A stretch of 57,063 bases of DNA from NCBI GenBank assembly GCA_947623665.1, contig CANQHJ010000001.1, positions 1 through 57,063 of the forward strand, read 5' to 3'. Source of the DNA: an uncultured Bacilli bacterium (GTDB taxonomy: Bacteria; Bacillota_I; Bacilli_A; RF39; UBA660). The translations under genes and the position numbers were made by a program. Numbering within the stretch: the stretch's first letter is position 1; each line of letters begins with the position of its first letter. Below the pieces are notes generated by a model. The model did no database searches, was not told the DNA's origin, and was given only the letters and a program-made list of their open reading frames with translations. Below are positions 41,869 to 50,871 of the stretch, piece after piece.

Positions 41869-42165
41869 ATGGCTCGTAAAAAGAAACAAAAATATTATAC
41901 TAAAAAGAAAATTATTATTTATGCTATTTTTTCAATTGCCGCAATAATCTTTACAACCTTTACAACAGGAAAGTACTGGGTAGAAATAATAGATAAATAT
42001 CAAGAAAAACAAGAATTAGAAAAAAAGCTTGTAAAACTAAAAGAAAAAGCAGAAGAATTACAAGTAGATGCAGATAAATTACAAAATTCAGATTATATAG
42101 CACGCTATGCTAGAGAAAAATATAATTATTCAAAAGAAGGTGAGTTTATTTTACGAATACCGTAA
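41869..42165 (+). CDS. divIC: Septum formation initiator DivIC/FtsB
   Basis: One N-terminal TM, a coiled coil (QEKQELEKKLVKLKEKAEELQ) and the conserved D..YIARYAREKYNYSK.GE motif. Confidence 0.88.
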   Translation: MARKKKQKYYTKKKIIIYAIFSIAAIIFTTFTTGKYWVEIIDKYQEKQELEKKLVKLKEKAEELQVDADKLQNSDYIARYAREKYNYSKEGEFILRIP

Positions 42166-42232
42166 AATAAACTTTTAATTTATTATTGCTATCCATTACT
42201 AAATTAGATACAATATTTATGGAGATGAAGTT

Positions 42233-43546
42233 ATGAATACGGAACTGTACAATTTTCATTTTAAAATTAATGATACCATTGTCATAGGTTGTTCATCAGG
42301 TCCAGACTCAATGGCACTTTTTCATATGTTAATTAAATTAAGAGAAAAATATAAGTTGAATTTAATTTGTGCTCATGTAAATCATAATATGAGAAAACAA
42401 AGTGCAGAAGAATATTCTTTTTTAGAAAGATATTGCGCTAGTAATAATGTGGCATTTGAAGGCATGATAATCAAAGAATATGGAGATGATAATTTTCATA
42501 ATGAAGCAAGGAATATAAGATATCATTTCTTCGAAGATGTAGTCTTAAAATATGATGCAAAATATTTAATAACTGCTCATCATGGAGATGATTTAATAGA
42601 AACAATATTAATGAGAATATCTAGAGGTTCAAATTTACAAGGATATAGTGGATTCCATGAAATAGTTGATATGGATAGTTATAAAATAATAAGACCACTA
42701 ATAAATTTTACTAAAGAAGAAATATTAGAATATAATAGAAAAAATAAAGTACCTTATTATATAGATGAATCAAATGATCAAGATAAATACACAAGAAATC
42801 GTTATAGAAAATATATACTACCTTTTTTAAAAGAAGAAAATAAAGATATTCATCACAAATTTTTAAAATTTAGTCATAACTTAACAGCTGCATATAAATA
42901 CATAGAAAAACAAAGAAATAAAGCTATGAAAAAAGCAATTTCAAAAGAAAAAATAAAAATAGATGAATTTTTAAAAATAGATGAATATTTACAAAGAGAA
43001 ATACTATATTATCTAGTATCAGAATATTATCAAGATGATTTATTACTAATAAATGATAGACATATAGACTTAATGCTAGATACAATAAAAAGAAAAAAGT
43101 CAAATATTACTCTTGATATGCCAAATGATGTGTGTGCTATAAAAAGTTATAATGAATTTTATTTAAAAAGGAATACAGAAGATATTAATGAATATGAAAT
43201 CCAATTTGATACATTTGCATCACTTCCAAATCATCATACAATAGAAAAAGTAGAAGAAATAGAAGGTAATAGTAACGATATATGTAGATTAAACAGTAAT
43301 GAGATAACATTACCACTTACAATTAGAACAAGAAATATTGGAGATAAAATTGCAGTTAAAGGATTAAATGGCACAAAAAAAGTAAAAGATATTTTTATAG
43401 ATAAAAAAATCCCACCAATTAAAAGAGAATTATGGCCAATAGTAACAGATACCCAAGGTAATATAGTTTGGATTCCAGGAGTAAAAAAATCAAAATTTGA
43501 TAAGAAAAAACAAGAAACTTATGATATAATATTGAAATATAAGTAA
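42233..43546 (+). CDS. tilS: tRNA(Ile)-lysidine synthase TilS
   Basis: PP-loop motif in VIGCSSGPDSMAL. C-terminal TilS domain (...GTKKVKDIFIDKKIP...R...P). Confidence 0.93.
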   Translation: MNTELYNFHFKINDTIVIGCSSGPDSMALFHMLIKLREKYKLNLICAHVNHNMRKQSAEEYSFLERYCASNNVAFEGMIIKEYGDDNFHNEARNIRYHFFEDVVLKYDAKYLITAHHGDDLIETILMRISRGSNLQGYSGFHEIVDMDSYKIIRPLINFTKEEILEYNRKNKVPYYIDESNDQDKYTRNRYRKYILPFLKEENKDIHHKFLKFSHNLTAAYKYIEKQRNKAMKKAISKEKIKIDEFLKIDEYLQREILYYLVSEYYQDDLLLINDRHIDLMLDTIKRKKSNITLDMPNDVCAIKSYNEFYLKRNTEDINEYEIQFDTFASLPNHHTIEKVEEIEGNSNDICRLNSNEITLPLTIRTRNIGDKIAVKGLNGTKKVKDIFIDKKIPPIKRELWPIVTDTQGNIVWIPGVKKSKFDKKKQETYDIILKYK

Positions 43547-43562
43547 TGGAGGAGAAAGTATT

Positions 43563-45617
43563 ATGAATACAATGAATAAAAAGAATGTTAAAAAAGGTTT
43601 ACTTCCATATTTGTTTTTAGCACTAGTTATGTTAGCAGTATTTTACTTTTTTAATGTTTTAAATCAAAAAGTAAATATATTAACTTATAACGAATTTATG
43701 AAACAACTAGATAAAGGAAATGTAGAAGAATTAGAGTTAATACCAAAAGAAAGAGCTGTTACTTATGAAGTAACAGGAAAAATAAAAGGATATAAAGAAA
43801 ATGAAACTTACTTTGCAAGATTACCATTAAGTGATGAAGTAATAAAGAAAATAACAGAAGCATCAGAAATACAAGATTTTAAATTTACAACCGAAGCAGA
43901 TCCAGAATCCAGTTCATTATTATATGTAATCGTAAATATTTTACCATTTGTAATTTTAATAGGAATAGCATTTTTCTTCTTTTCACGTCAAATGGGTGCA
44001 AATAGAAACTCACTTGATTTCGGAAAAAGTAAAGCCAAACTTAATACAGATAAAACAAAAGTTACATTTAAAGATGTTGCCGGATTAAAAGAAGAAAAAG
44101 AAGAAGTCAAAGAATTAATAGATTTCCTAAAAAATCCAAAGAAATTTCAAAAACTAGGAGCAAGAATTCCAAAAGGTGTATTATTAGTTGGTCCTCCAGG
44201 AACAGGAAAAACATTACTTGCGCGTGCAGTTGCTGGAGAAGCAAATGTTCCATTTTATTTCATAAGTGGATCAGATTTTGTAGAACTTTTCGTAGGAGTA
44301 GGAGCTTCACGTGTAAGAGATATGTTCCATCAAGCTAAAAGAAATGCTCCATGTTTAATATTTATAGATGAAATAGATGCAGTTGGTCGTCAAAGAGGAA
44401 CAGGATTAGGTGGAGGACATGATGAAAGAGAACAAACACTTAACCAATTACTAACTGAAATGGATGGTTTTGGAGAAAATGAAGGAATAATTATTATTGC
44501 TGCAACAAACAGACCAGATGTCCTAGATCCAGCTTTACTACGTCCAGGAAGATTTGATCGTCAAGTTACAGTAAATCTTCCAGATAAAAAAGGAAGAGAA
44601 GAAATCCTAGCAGTTCATGCTAGAAATAAGACTTTAGCACCATCAGTAACATTAAAGAACCTAGCAAAAAGAACTCCAGGATTTAGTGGAGCAGATTTAG
44701 AGAATTTATTAAATGAAGCAGCATTACTTGCAGTTCGTCGTAATAAAGATAAAATAACAATGAGTGAAGTAGATGAAGCAACAGATAGAGTTCTAATGGG
44801 ACCAGCAAAAACAAGTAAAAAATATAGTGAAAATGATCGTAAATTAGTTGCATATCATGAAGCAGGGCATGCAGTTATAGGACTTAAACTACAAGGAGCA
44901 TGTGATGTTCAAAAAATTACAATTATCCCAAGAGGACCTGCAGGTGGATATACAATGATGTTACCATCAGAAGAAAAAATAAATGCAACAAAAACAGATT
45001 TAATAGAACAAATAACAGGATTACTAGGAGGAAGAGTTGCAGAAGAATTAACATTTAAAGAAGTAACAACAGGAGCACAAAATGATTTTGAGAAAGCAAC
45101 AAAAATAGCACGTGCTATGGTAACAGAATATGGAATGAGTGATTTAGGTCCTTTACAATTTGAACATCAAGAAGGAAGTGTTTTCTTAGGAAGAGATTAT
45201 AATAAATCTCAACATTTCTCAAATGAAGTAGCTCATGAAATAGATACAGAAATGCGTAAAATAGTAAATGATTGCTACAAACAAGCAACAGATATCCTAA
45301 AAGAAAATAAAGATTTACTAGAATTAATAGCCAACGTATTATTAGAATATGAAACTATAACAAAAGAACAAATCGATTATTTAGTTGAACATAAGAAAAT
45401 GCCAGAAGAAGATGAAAATACAACTCTTGAGTCAATGTCACTTACAAACTTAAGAAAAATGGCAAAAGAAAAAGGAGTAGAAAATACAGATAAAATGAAC
45501 AAAGCAGAACTCCTTAAAAAATTAGATATTTCATATCACTTAGAAGAAGAAAGTGATGAAGAACAAGAAGAAAATAAAAAAGAAAATGACGATGATGATG
45601 CAGAAGAATTGAATTAA
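43563..45617 (+). CDS. ftsH: ATP-dependent zinc metalloprotease FtsH with an extended C-terminal tail
   Basis: Two TM helices, AAA motifs ([26 protein letters not shown]) and zinc site HEAGHA. The extra tail has a Rho_N/SAP-like segment and a DE-rich end. Confidence 0.97.
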   Translation: MNTMNKKNVKKGLLPYLFLALVMLAVFYFFNVLNQKVNILTYNEFMKQLDKGNVEELELIPKERAVTYEVTGKIKGYKENETYFARLPLSDEVIKKITEASEIQDFKFTTEADPESSSLLYVIVNILPFVILIGIAFFFFSRQMGANRNSLDFGKSKAKLNTDKTKVTFKDVAGLKEEKEEVKELIDFLKNPKKFQKLGARIPKGVLLVGPPGTGKTLLARAVAGEANVPFYFISGSDFVELFVGVGASRVRDMFHQAKRNAPCLIFIDEIDAVGRQRGTGLGGGHDEREQTLNQLLTEMDGFGENEGIIIIAATNRPDVLDPALLRPGRFDRQVTVNLPDKKGREEILAVHARNKTLAPSVTLKNLAKRTPGFSGADLENLLNEAALLAVRRNKDKITMSEVDEATDRVLMGPAKTSKKYSENDRKLVAYHEAGHAVIGLKLQGACDVQKITIIPRGPAGGYTMMLPSEEKINATKTDLIEQITGLLGGRVAEELTFKEVTTGAQNDFEKATKIARAMVTEYGMSDLGPLQFEHQEGSVFLGRDYNKSQHFSNEVAHEIDTEMRKIVNDCYKQATDILKENKDLLELIANVLLEYETITKEQIDYLVEHKKMPEEDENTTLESMSLTNLRKMAKEKGVENTDKMNKAELLKKLDISYHLEEESDEEQEENKKENDDDDAEELN

Positions 45618-45642
45618 TTTGATTCAATTCTTTTTATTTTTT
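45605..45642 (+). terminator. Rho-independent terminator of ftsH
   Basis: 10-bp perfect stem AGAATTGAAT / ATTCAATTCT with a 7-nt loop, followed by TTTTATTTTTT. Confidence 0.8.
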
Positions 45643-45683
45643 AGATTTTTTGATATAATAAGCGTGTTAGGAGTGATTGTAGT

Positions 45684-46097
45684 ATGAAAAAATCAACAAA
45701 AGATGAAATTAAGAAGTTGAATAAAGGAGTAAATGAATTTAAAGAATTTATATCACGTGGTAATGTGGTAGATATGGCTGTCGGTGTAATTATTGGTGGT
45801 GCTTTTGGAAAAATAGTAACTAGTTTAGTTAATGATATATTAATGCCTTTAATCGGAACAGTTTTAGGTGGTCTAGATTTTACATCGTTAGTATTAAAAG
45901 TAGGAAATGCAAAAATTGCTTACGGAACATTTATACAATCAATAGTAGATTTTCTAATTATTGCATTTTGTATTTTTGTAATGATAAAACTATTTGAAAA
46001 ATTAAAAAGAACAGAAGAAAAAGAAGAAGAAGCACCAAAAGAAGAATATATAATTTTACTTGAAGAAATAAGAGATTTACTAAAAAAGGAAAATTAG
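45684..46097 (+). CDS. mscL: Large-conductance mechanosensitive channel MscL
   Basis: [41 protein letters not shown] is the MscL signature. Confidence 0.95.
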   Translation: MKKSTKDEIKKLNKGVNEFKEFISRGNVVDMAVGVIIGGAFGKIVTSLVNDILMPLIGTVLGGLDFTSLVLKVGNAKIAYGTFIQSIVDFLIIAFCIFVMIKLFEKLKRTEEKEEEAPKEEYIILLEEIRDLLKKEN

Positions 46098-46113
46098 AAA
46101 GCAGTTACTAACA

Positions 46114-47106
46114 ATGAAGTGGCAAATAGGAAATGTAAAAATAAAAAATCAAGTAGTACTTGCACCAATGGCAGGTATTTCAAATTCAGCATTTAGAACT
46201 ATTGCCAAAGATTTTGGTTGTGGTCTAATATATGCAGAAATGGTAAGTGATAAAGCAATAACATATGAAAACAAAAAAACAATTGACATGCTTTATATGA
46301 CAGACTACGAAAGGCCTATTGTCCAACAAATCTTTGGCAGTGATGAAAAATCATTTGTTGAAGCAGCAAAGTATATTTATGAAAATATGCACCCAGATAT
46401 AATAGATATTAATATGGGATGTCCTGTACCAAAAGTTGCCTTAAGAGCTCAAGCAGGAGCATCTCTTTTAAAAAGTCCAGAAAAAATTAAAACAATAGTC
46501 AGTAAAGTAGTAAAAGCTGTACCCATTCCAGTAACAGTAAAAATTAGAAGTGGATGGGATAAAGAAAATATCAATGCCGTAGAAGTAGCTAAAATTTGTG
46601 AAAAAGCAGGAGCAAAAGCAATATGTGTTCATCCAAGAACTAGATCACAAGGATATAGTGGAAAAGCTGATTGGAATATTATAAAACAAGTAAAAAAAGC
46701 AGTAAGTATTCCAGTAATAGGAAATGGTGATATTAAAACAGCAGAAGATGCAAAAAGAATGATAGAAGAAACAAATTGTGATGCCGTAATGATTGCAAGA
46801 GGAGTATTAGGAAATCCTTGGTTAATAAAAGATATAATAAACATTTTGGAAGGAAAAGAAAAGCCAATTCCACCGACACCACAACAAAAAGTAGATATAT
46901 GCTTAAAACATTTAAATTTATTAGCACACACGAAAACAGAAAAAATTGCAAGACTTGAAATTAGAAATCATATTTCTTGGTATTTAAAAGGATTAAAAAA
47001 TTCTAATGAAATTAAAAATAAAATATATAAATGTACGGATATTAATGGTATAATTTTATTATTAAATTCTTATAAGGAGGAATTAAATAATGACAAAGAA
47101 AACTAA
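46114..47106 (+). CDS. dusB: tRNA-dihydrouridine synthase DusB
   Basis: LAPMAGISNSAFR, IDINMGCP and GNGDI motifs. Its position before lysS matches B. subtilis. Confidence 0.93.
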   Translation: MKWQIGNVKIKNQVVLAPMAGISNSAFRTIAKDFGCGLIYAEMVSDKAITYENKKTIDMLYMTDYERPIVQQIFGSDEKSFVEAAKYIYENMHPDIIDINMGCPVPKVALRAQAGASLLKSPEKIKTIVSKVVKAVPIPVTVKIRSGWDKENINAVEVAKICEKAGAKAICVHPRTRSQGYSGKADWNIIKQVKKAVSIPVIGNGDIKTAEDAKRMIEETNCDAVMIARGVLGNPWLIKDIINILEGKEKPIPPTPQQKVDICLKHLNLLAHTKTEKIARLEIRNHISWYLKGLKNSNEIKNKIYKCTDINGIILLLNSYKEELNNDKEN

Positions 47107-47755
47107 AAAAAATATAACAGAAGAAGAGCTAATAGCAAACAAAGCTTTATTTACTCAAAGACTAATTGCCTATTTATTAGATATGGTATTAGTAACTATG
47201 GTAGTATCTATTTTATCAAGTCCATTTATAGATATGAAAACAGTTTCTAAATTAGATAAAGAATCAACAAAAATAGTAGAAAACTATAACAAGAAAAAAA
47301 TTAATTTAGAAAATTATTTTTACCAAATGTCAGATATAAATTACCAATTATCAAAAGTAACAGGAACGAGTTCATTAATTACAATGACAGTAGTTATTTT
47401 ATACTTTATAGTCTTTCAATTTTATAATAAAGGACAAACAATAGGTAAAAAAATAATGAATATAGGAATAGTAAAATATGATAGAACTACACTTACTATA
47501 AATGACTTAATTTTCCGTAGTTTAATAATTAACTCAATATTAATAAATATGTTGAATTTTGCATTAATGCTATTTGTAAATAAAAACTTTTATGGATATA
47601 CAACAATATTTTTAGAATCAATTCAATATATAATTTTACTTACAATTTTCTTTATGGTTATATTTAGAAAAGATGGTAGAGGATTACATGATATAATTGC
47701 AAATACAATAGTAGTAAAAAAAGATATATTAAAAGAAGAGGAGTGTAAAGCATGA
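47090..47755 (+). CDS. RDD-family membrane protein
   Basis: RLIAYLLDMVLV (RDD motif region) and GQTIGKKIMNIGIV. Three TM segments. Translationally coupled to dusB and lysS. Confidence 0.65.
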   Translation: MTKKTKKNITEEELIANKALFTQRLIAYLLDMVLVTMVVSILSSPFIDMKTVSKLDKESTKIVENYNKKKINLENYFYQMSDINYQLSKVTGTSSLITMTVVILYFIVFQFYNKGQTIGKKIMNIGIVKYDRTTLTINDLIFRSLIINSILINMLNFALMLFVNKNFYGYTTIFLESIQYIILLTIFFMVIFRKDGRGLHDIIANTIVVKKDILKEEECKA

Positions 47756-49236
47756 GAGAATTTACAGAACAAGAAACAGTTAGAAGAGAAAAAGTAGAAA
47801 AAATAAGAGAACATTGTAACCCATATCCTGAAAGATATGAAACAAATTATGAAATAAAAGACGTAAAAGATTTAGAAGATGGAACACAAAATGTAAAAGT
47901 AGCAGGAAGAATAGTCTTTATGAGAAAAATGGGGAAAATGAGCTTCTTAACTATTCGTGATATAGAAGGAAAAATTCAACTATCAATTAAAATAGATATG
48001 GTAGGAGAAGAAAAATATTCTTTCTTTAAAGAATGCTTTGATGTAGGAGATTTTATAGGAGCAGAAGGAGAAGTATTCACAACACATACAGGTGAAAAAA
48101 CTATACGTGTTTCAAGTTTTGAGTTTTTAGGAAAAGCTTTAAAACCTCTTCCAGAAAAATTTCATGGACTAACAGATAAAGAATTATGTTATAGAGAAAG
48201 ATATGTTGATTTAATTATGAATCAAGATACAAGAGATCGTTTCTTAACAAGAATAAAATTTATCCGTGAATTAAGAAATTATTTAGAAAACTTAGGATAT
48301 ATGGAGATAGAAACACCTATATTAAACACTAAAGCAAGTGGAGCAACTGCTCGTCCATTCATAACACATCATAATGCTCTAGATTTAGAATTATATTTGA
48401 GAATAGCACCAGAAACATATATGAAAAGAGCAGTCATTGCAGGTATTCCAAAAGTATTTGAAGTAGCACGTTGCTTTAGAAATGAGGGAATAGATCCAAC
48501 TCACTTACAAGATTTTACAATGATTGAAGCCTATCAAGCATATTATAATTACAAAGATAATATGAAATTAATTCAAAATATGCTTCAAACAATAATAAAA
48601 AATATATTTAATACACTAACATTAACTATAGGAGAAAATGAAATAGATTTTAGTGGAGATTGGAAAACTGTAACTTTTAGAGAGTTACTAATAAAATATG
48701 CTAATATAGATATTGAAAAATATAATACAAAAGAATTATTACTTAATAAGATAAAAGAAGACAAAATAGAAGTTGAAAGTGAAACACCACTTGAAGATTT
48801 AGGATTTGGTAATTTAGTAGATGTTCTTTATAAAAAAGTAGCAAGAGTACATTTAATCGAACCAATATATCTAACAGAACACCCAACTAGTTTATCACCA
48901 CTTGCACGTGCTAATGATGATAGACCAGAAATAACAGATCGTTTTCAATTAGTAATTAATGGAGCAGAGATAGTTAATGGGTTCTCAGAACTTGTAGATC
49001 CACAAGATCAAGAGAATAGATTAATAGAACAATCTAAACTAAAAGAAGCAGGAGACGAAGAAGCAATGAGTATGGACTACGATTATATTAATGCTATGGA
49101 ATATGGAATGCCACCAATATCAGGTTGGGGTATGGGAATTGATAGAGTAGTTCAATTATTAACAAATAGTGAGAATATAAAAGACGTAGTAATGTTTCCA
49201 CTTATGAGACCAACAGAAGATGAAAATATAGATTAA
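47752..49236 (+). CDS. lysS: Lysine--tRNA ligase (class II)
   Basis: OB-fold N-domain and class II motifs (FRNEGID, GGWGMGIDRV-like: SGWGMGIDRVV). Confidence 0.97.
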   Translation: MREFTEQETVRREKVEKIREHCNPYPERYETNYEIKDVKDLEDGTQNVKVAGRIVFMRKMGKMSFLTIRDIEGKIQLSIKIDMVGEEKYSFFKECFDVGDFIGAEGEVFTTHTGEKTIRVSSFEFLGKALKPLPEKFHGLTDKELCYRERYVDLIMNQDTRDRFLTRIKFIRELRNYLENLGYMEIETPILNTKASGATARPFITHHNALDLELYLRIAPETYMKRAVIAGIPKVFEVARCFRNEGIDPTHLQDFTMIEAYQAYYNYKDNMKLIQNMLQTIIKNIFNTLTLTIGENEIDFSGDWKTVTFRELLIKYANIDIEKYNTKELLLNKIKEDKIEVESETPLEDLGFGNLVDVLYKKVARVHLIEPIYLTEHPTSLSPLARANDDRPEITDRFQLVINGAEIVNGFSELVDPQDQENRLIEQSKLKEAGDEEAMSMDYDYINAMEYGMPPISGWGMGIDRVVQLLTNSENIKDVVMFPLMRPTEDENID

Positions 49237-49321
49237 TTTCTATATTTTTTCATATAAAAAGGTATAAAAACTTGTTTTTTCTATATTTTATAGTATAATA
49301 AATGGTGTTAGGAGGTTATTT

Positions 49322-50731
49322 ATGAAAAGAAATAATGCATTAAAAGTTGTACTTATTACTATGGTCGTATTAATGCTTTTAACTTGGATTTTACCAGCAG
49401 CATATTTCCAAGAAAGTTTTGTAGACCAAGGAAGAGTACAAATGGGATTATTCGATTTATTTAATTATCCAATAACTACATTATCATATTTTGGATTTAT
49501 TGCAGTTTATGTACTAGTTATTGGAGGGTTCTATGCTATTTTAAATAAAACTAAAGCATATCGTATATTATTAGATCGAATAGTTAAAAAAGTAAAAGGA
49601 AAGGAAAAAATAGTATTATCAGTAATAATGGCATTAGTAGCAATTGCTACTTCAGTTTGTGGAGTACAAATTCCAATTTTATTTGTATTTCCATTCCTTA
49701 TTTCATTAATTCTTTTAATGGGATATGATAAAATGGTTGCTGCTACTGTTACAGTAGGTTCTGTAATAGTTGGACTTATTGGAACAACATTTGCTTATAG
49801 TGTTAATAATGTTTTACTTCAAATATTTTCTATAGATATAACAAAAAATATTATTTCTGAAGTAATAATCATAGTTGCTGGATTGGCATTACTAATTTTC
49901 AATGTCATTAAATATATTGATAAAACAGGAAATAAGAAAACAAAAGAACATGAAAAATTATTAGAAGATTATGCACCAGTAGAAGTTAAAGATTCCAAAA
50001 AGGTAAAAGTATGGCCTTTAGTTGTTATACTAGATTTAATTTTCTTACTAATGATTTTAGCATTTACTTCATGGAATGGTGCTTTCAAACTAGATTGGTT
50101 TGAAACAGCAACTACAGCCATAAAAGAATTTGAAATTGCTAAATTTGCTATCTTCGGAAAACTTTTAGGTAATGTTAATGCTTTTGGTTCTTGGACAGCA
50201 GCAGAATTTGCATGTGTTTTACTAATTGCATCTGCAATTATAGCTTTAATCTATAAAATTAAATTTAATGATTATTTACAAACAATGCTAACAGGAGCAA
50301 GAAGAGCTTTAAGACCTGCACTATTAGTTGTATTAATTTATACATGTTTAGTAATTGTTACTTATCATCCATTCCAATTAGTTATTTATGATTGGTTATA
50401 TGGATTAACAAAAGGATTTAATGTAGCAACTACAACAGTAGCAGCTGCAATTGCAGGACTATTTAATGTGGATCCAACATATGCATTCCAAAGTGCAGTT
50501 CCTTATCTACAAAGTTTAGTAAGTGATAAAGGAGCTTATCCAATTATTGCATTAATTTTCCAATCTATGTATGGACTTGTAATGTTAGTAGCACCAACAA
50601 GTGTTGCATTAATGGCTACTTTATCATATTTAAACATTTCATATATAGAATGGTTAAAACATATTTGGAAATTAGCATTAGAAATATTAGTAGGATTAGT
50701 AGTATTATTCACTATATTAATTTTAATCTAA
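49322..50731 (+). CDS. Polytopic membrane transporter, YfcC/DcuC-superfamily-like
   Basis: 469 aa with 10 or more TM helices. The N-terminal pattern ...LTWILPA...VLVIGGFYAILNKTKAY...IVKKVKGKEK resembles YfcC-family proteins. Confidence 0.5.
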   Translation: MKRNNALKVVLITMVVLMLLTWILPAAYFQESFVDQGRVQMGLFDLFNYPITTLSYFGFIAVYVLVIGGFYAILNKTKAYRILLDRIVKKVKGKEKIVLSVIMALVAIATSVCGVQIPILFVFPFLISLILLMGYDKMVAATVTVGSVIVGLIGTTFAYSVNNVLLQIFSIDITKNIISEVIIIVAGLALLIFNVIKYIDKTGNKKTKEHEKLLEDYAPVEVKDSKKVKVWPLVVILDLIFLLMILAFTSWNGAFKLDWFETATTAIKEFEIAKFAIFGKLLGNVNAFGSWTAAEFACVLLIASAIIALIYKIKFNDYLQTMLTGARRALRPALLVVLIYTCLVIVTYHPFQLVIYDWLYGLTKGFNVATTTVAAAIAGLFNVDPTYAFQSAVPYLQSLVSDKGAYPIIALIFQSMYGLVMLVAPTSVALMATLSYLNISYIEWLKHIWKLALEILVGLVVLFTILILI

Positions 50732-50747
50732 TTATAAATAGTGTTCA

Positions 50748-50784
50748 AAAGATATTAAGACATTTCTTAATATCTTTTCTTTTT
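50748..50784 (+). terminator. Rho-independent terminator after the YfcC-like gene
   Basis: 13-bp perfect stem AAAGATATTAAGA / TCTTAATATCTTT with a 4-nt loop, followed by TCTTTTT. Confidence 0.8.
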
Positions 50785-50871
50785 ACATAAATATTCTGTC
50801 ATTTTTTTTGGAACATATTTTATTGCATTCTTACCCAAAATATTCATAGAATATAAATAAGGAGGATAAAA

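Noticed and set aside
44303-44318. Additional CACGTG cores (this one in ftsH; others near 16269, 39869, 40861, 45745 and 48905) as possible extra parS sites
   Set aside because: The flanking bases do not match TGTTNCACGTGAAACA, with several flank mismatches beyond the core. These are coding-sequence coincidences.
50785-50871. CtsR operator (GGTCAAA repeats) or CIRCE element upstream of clpC
   Set aside because: Neither motif is present in the sequence on either strand.
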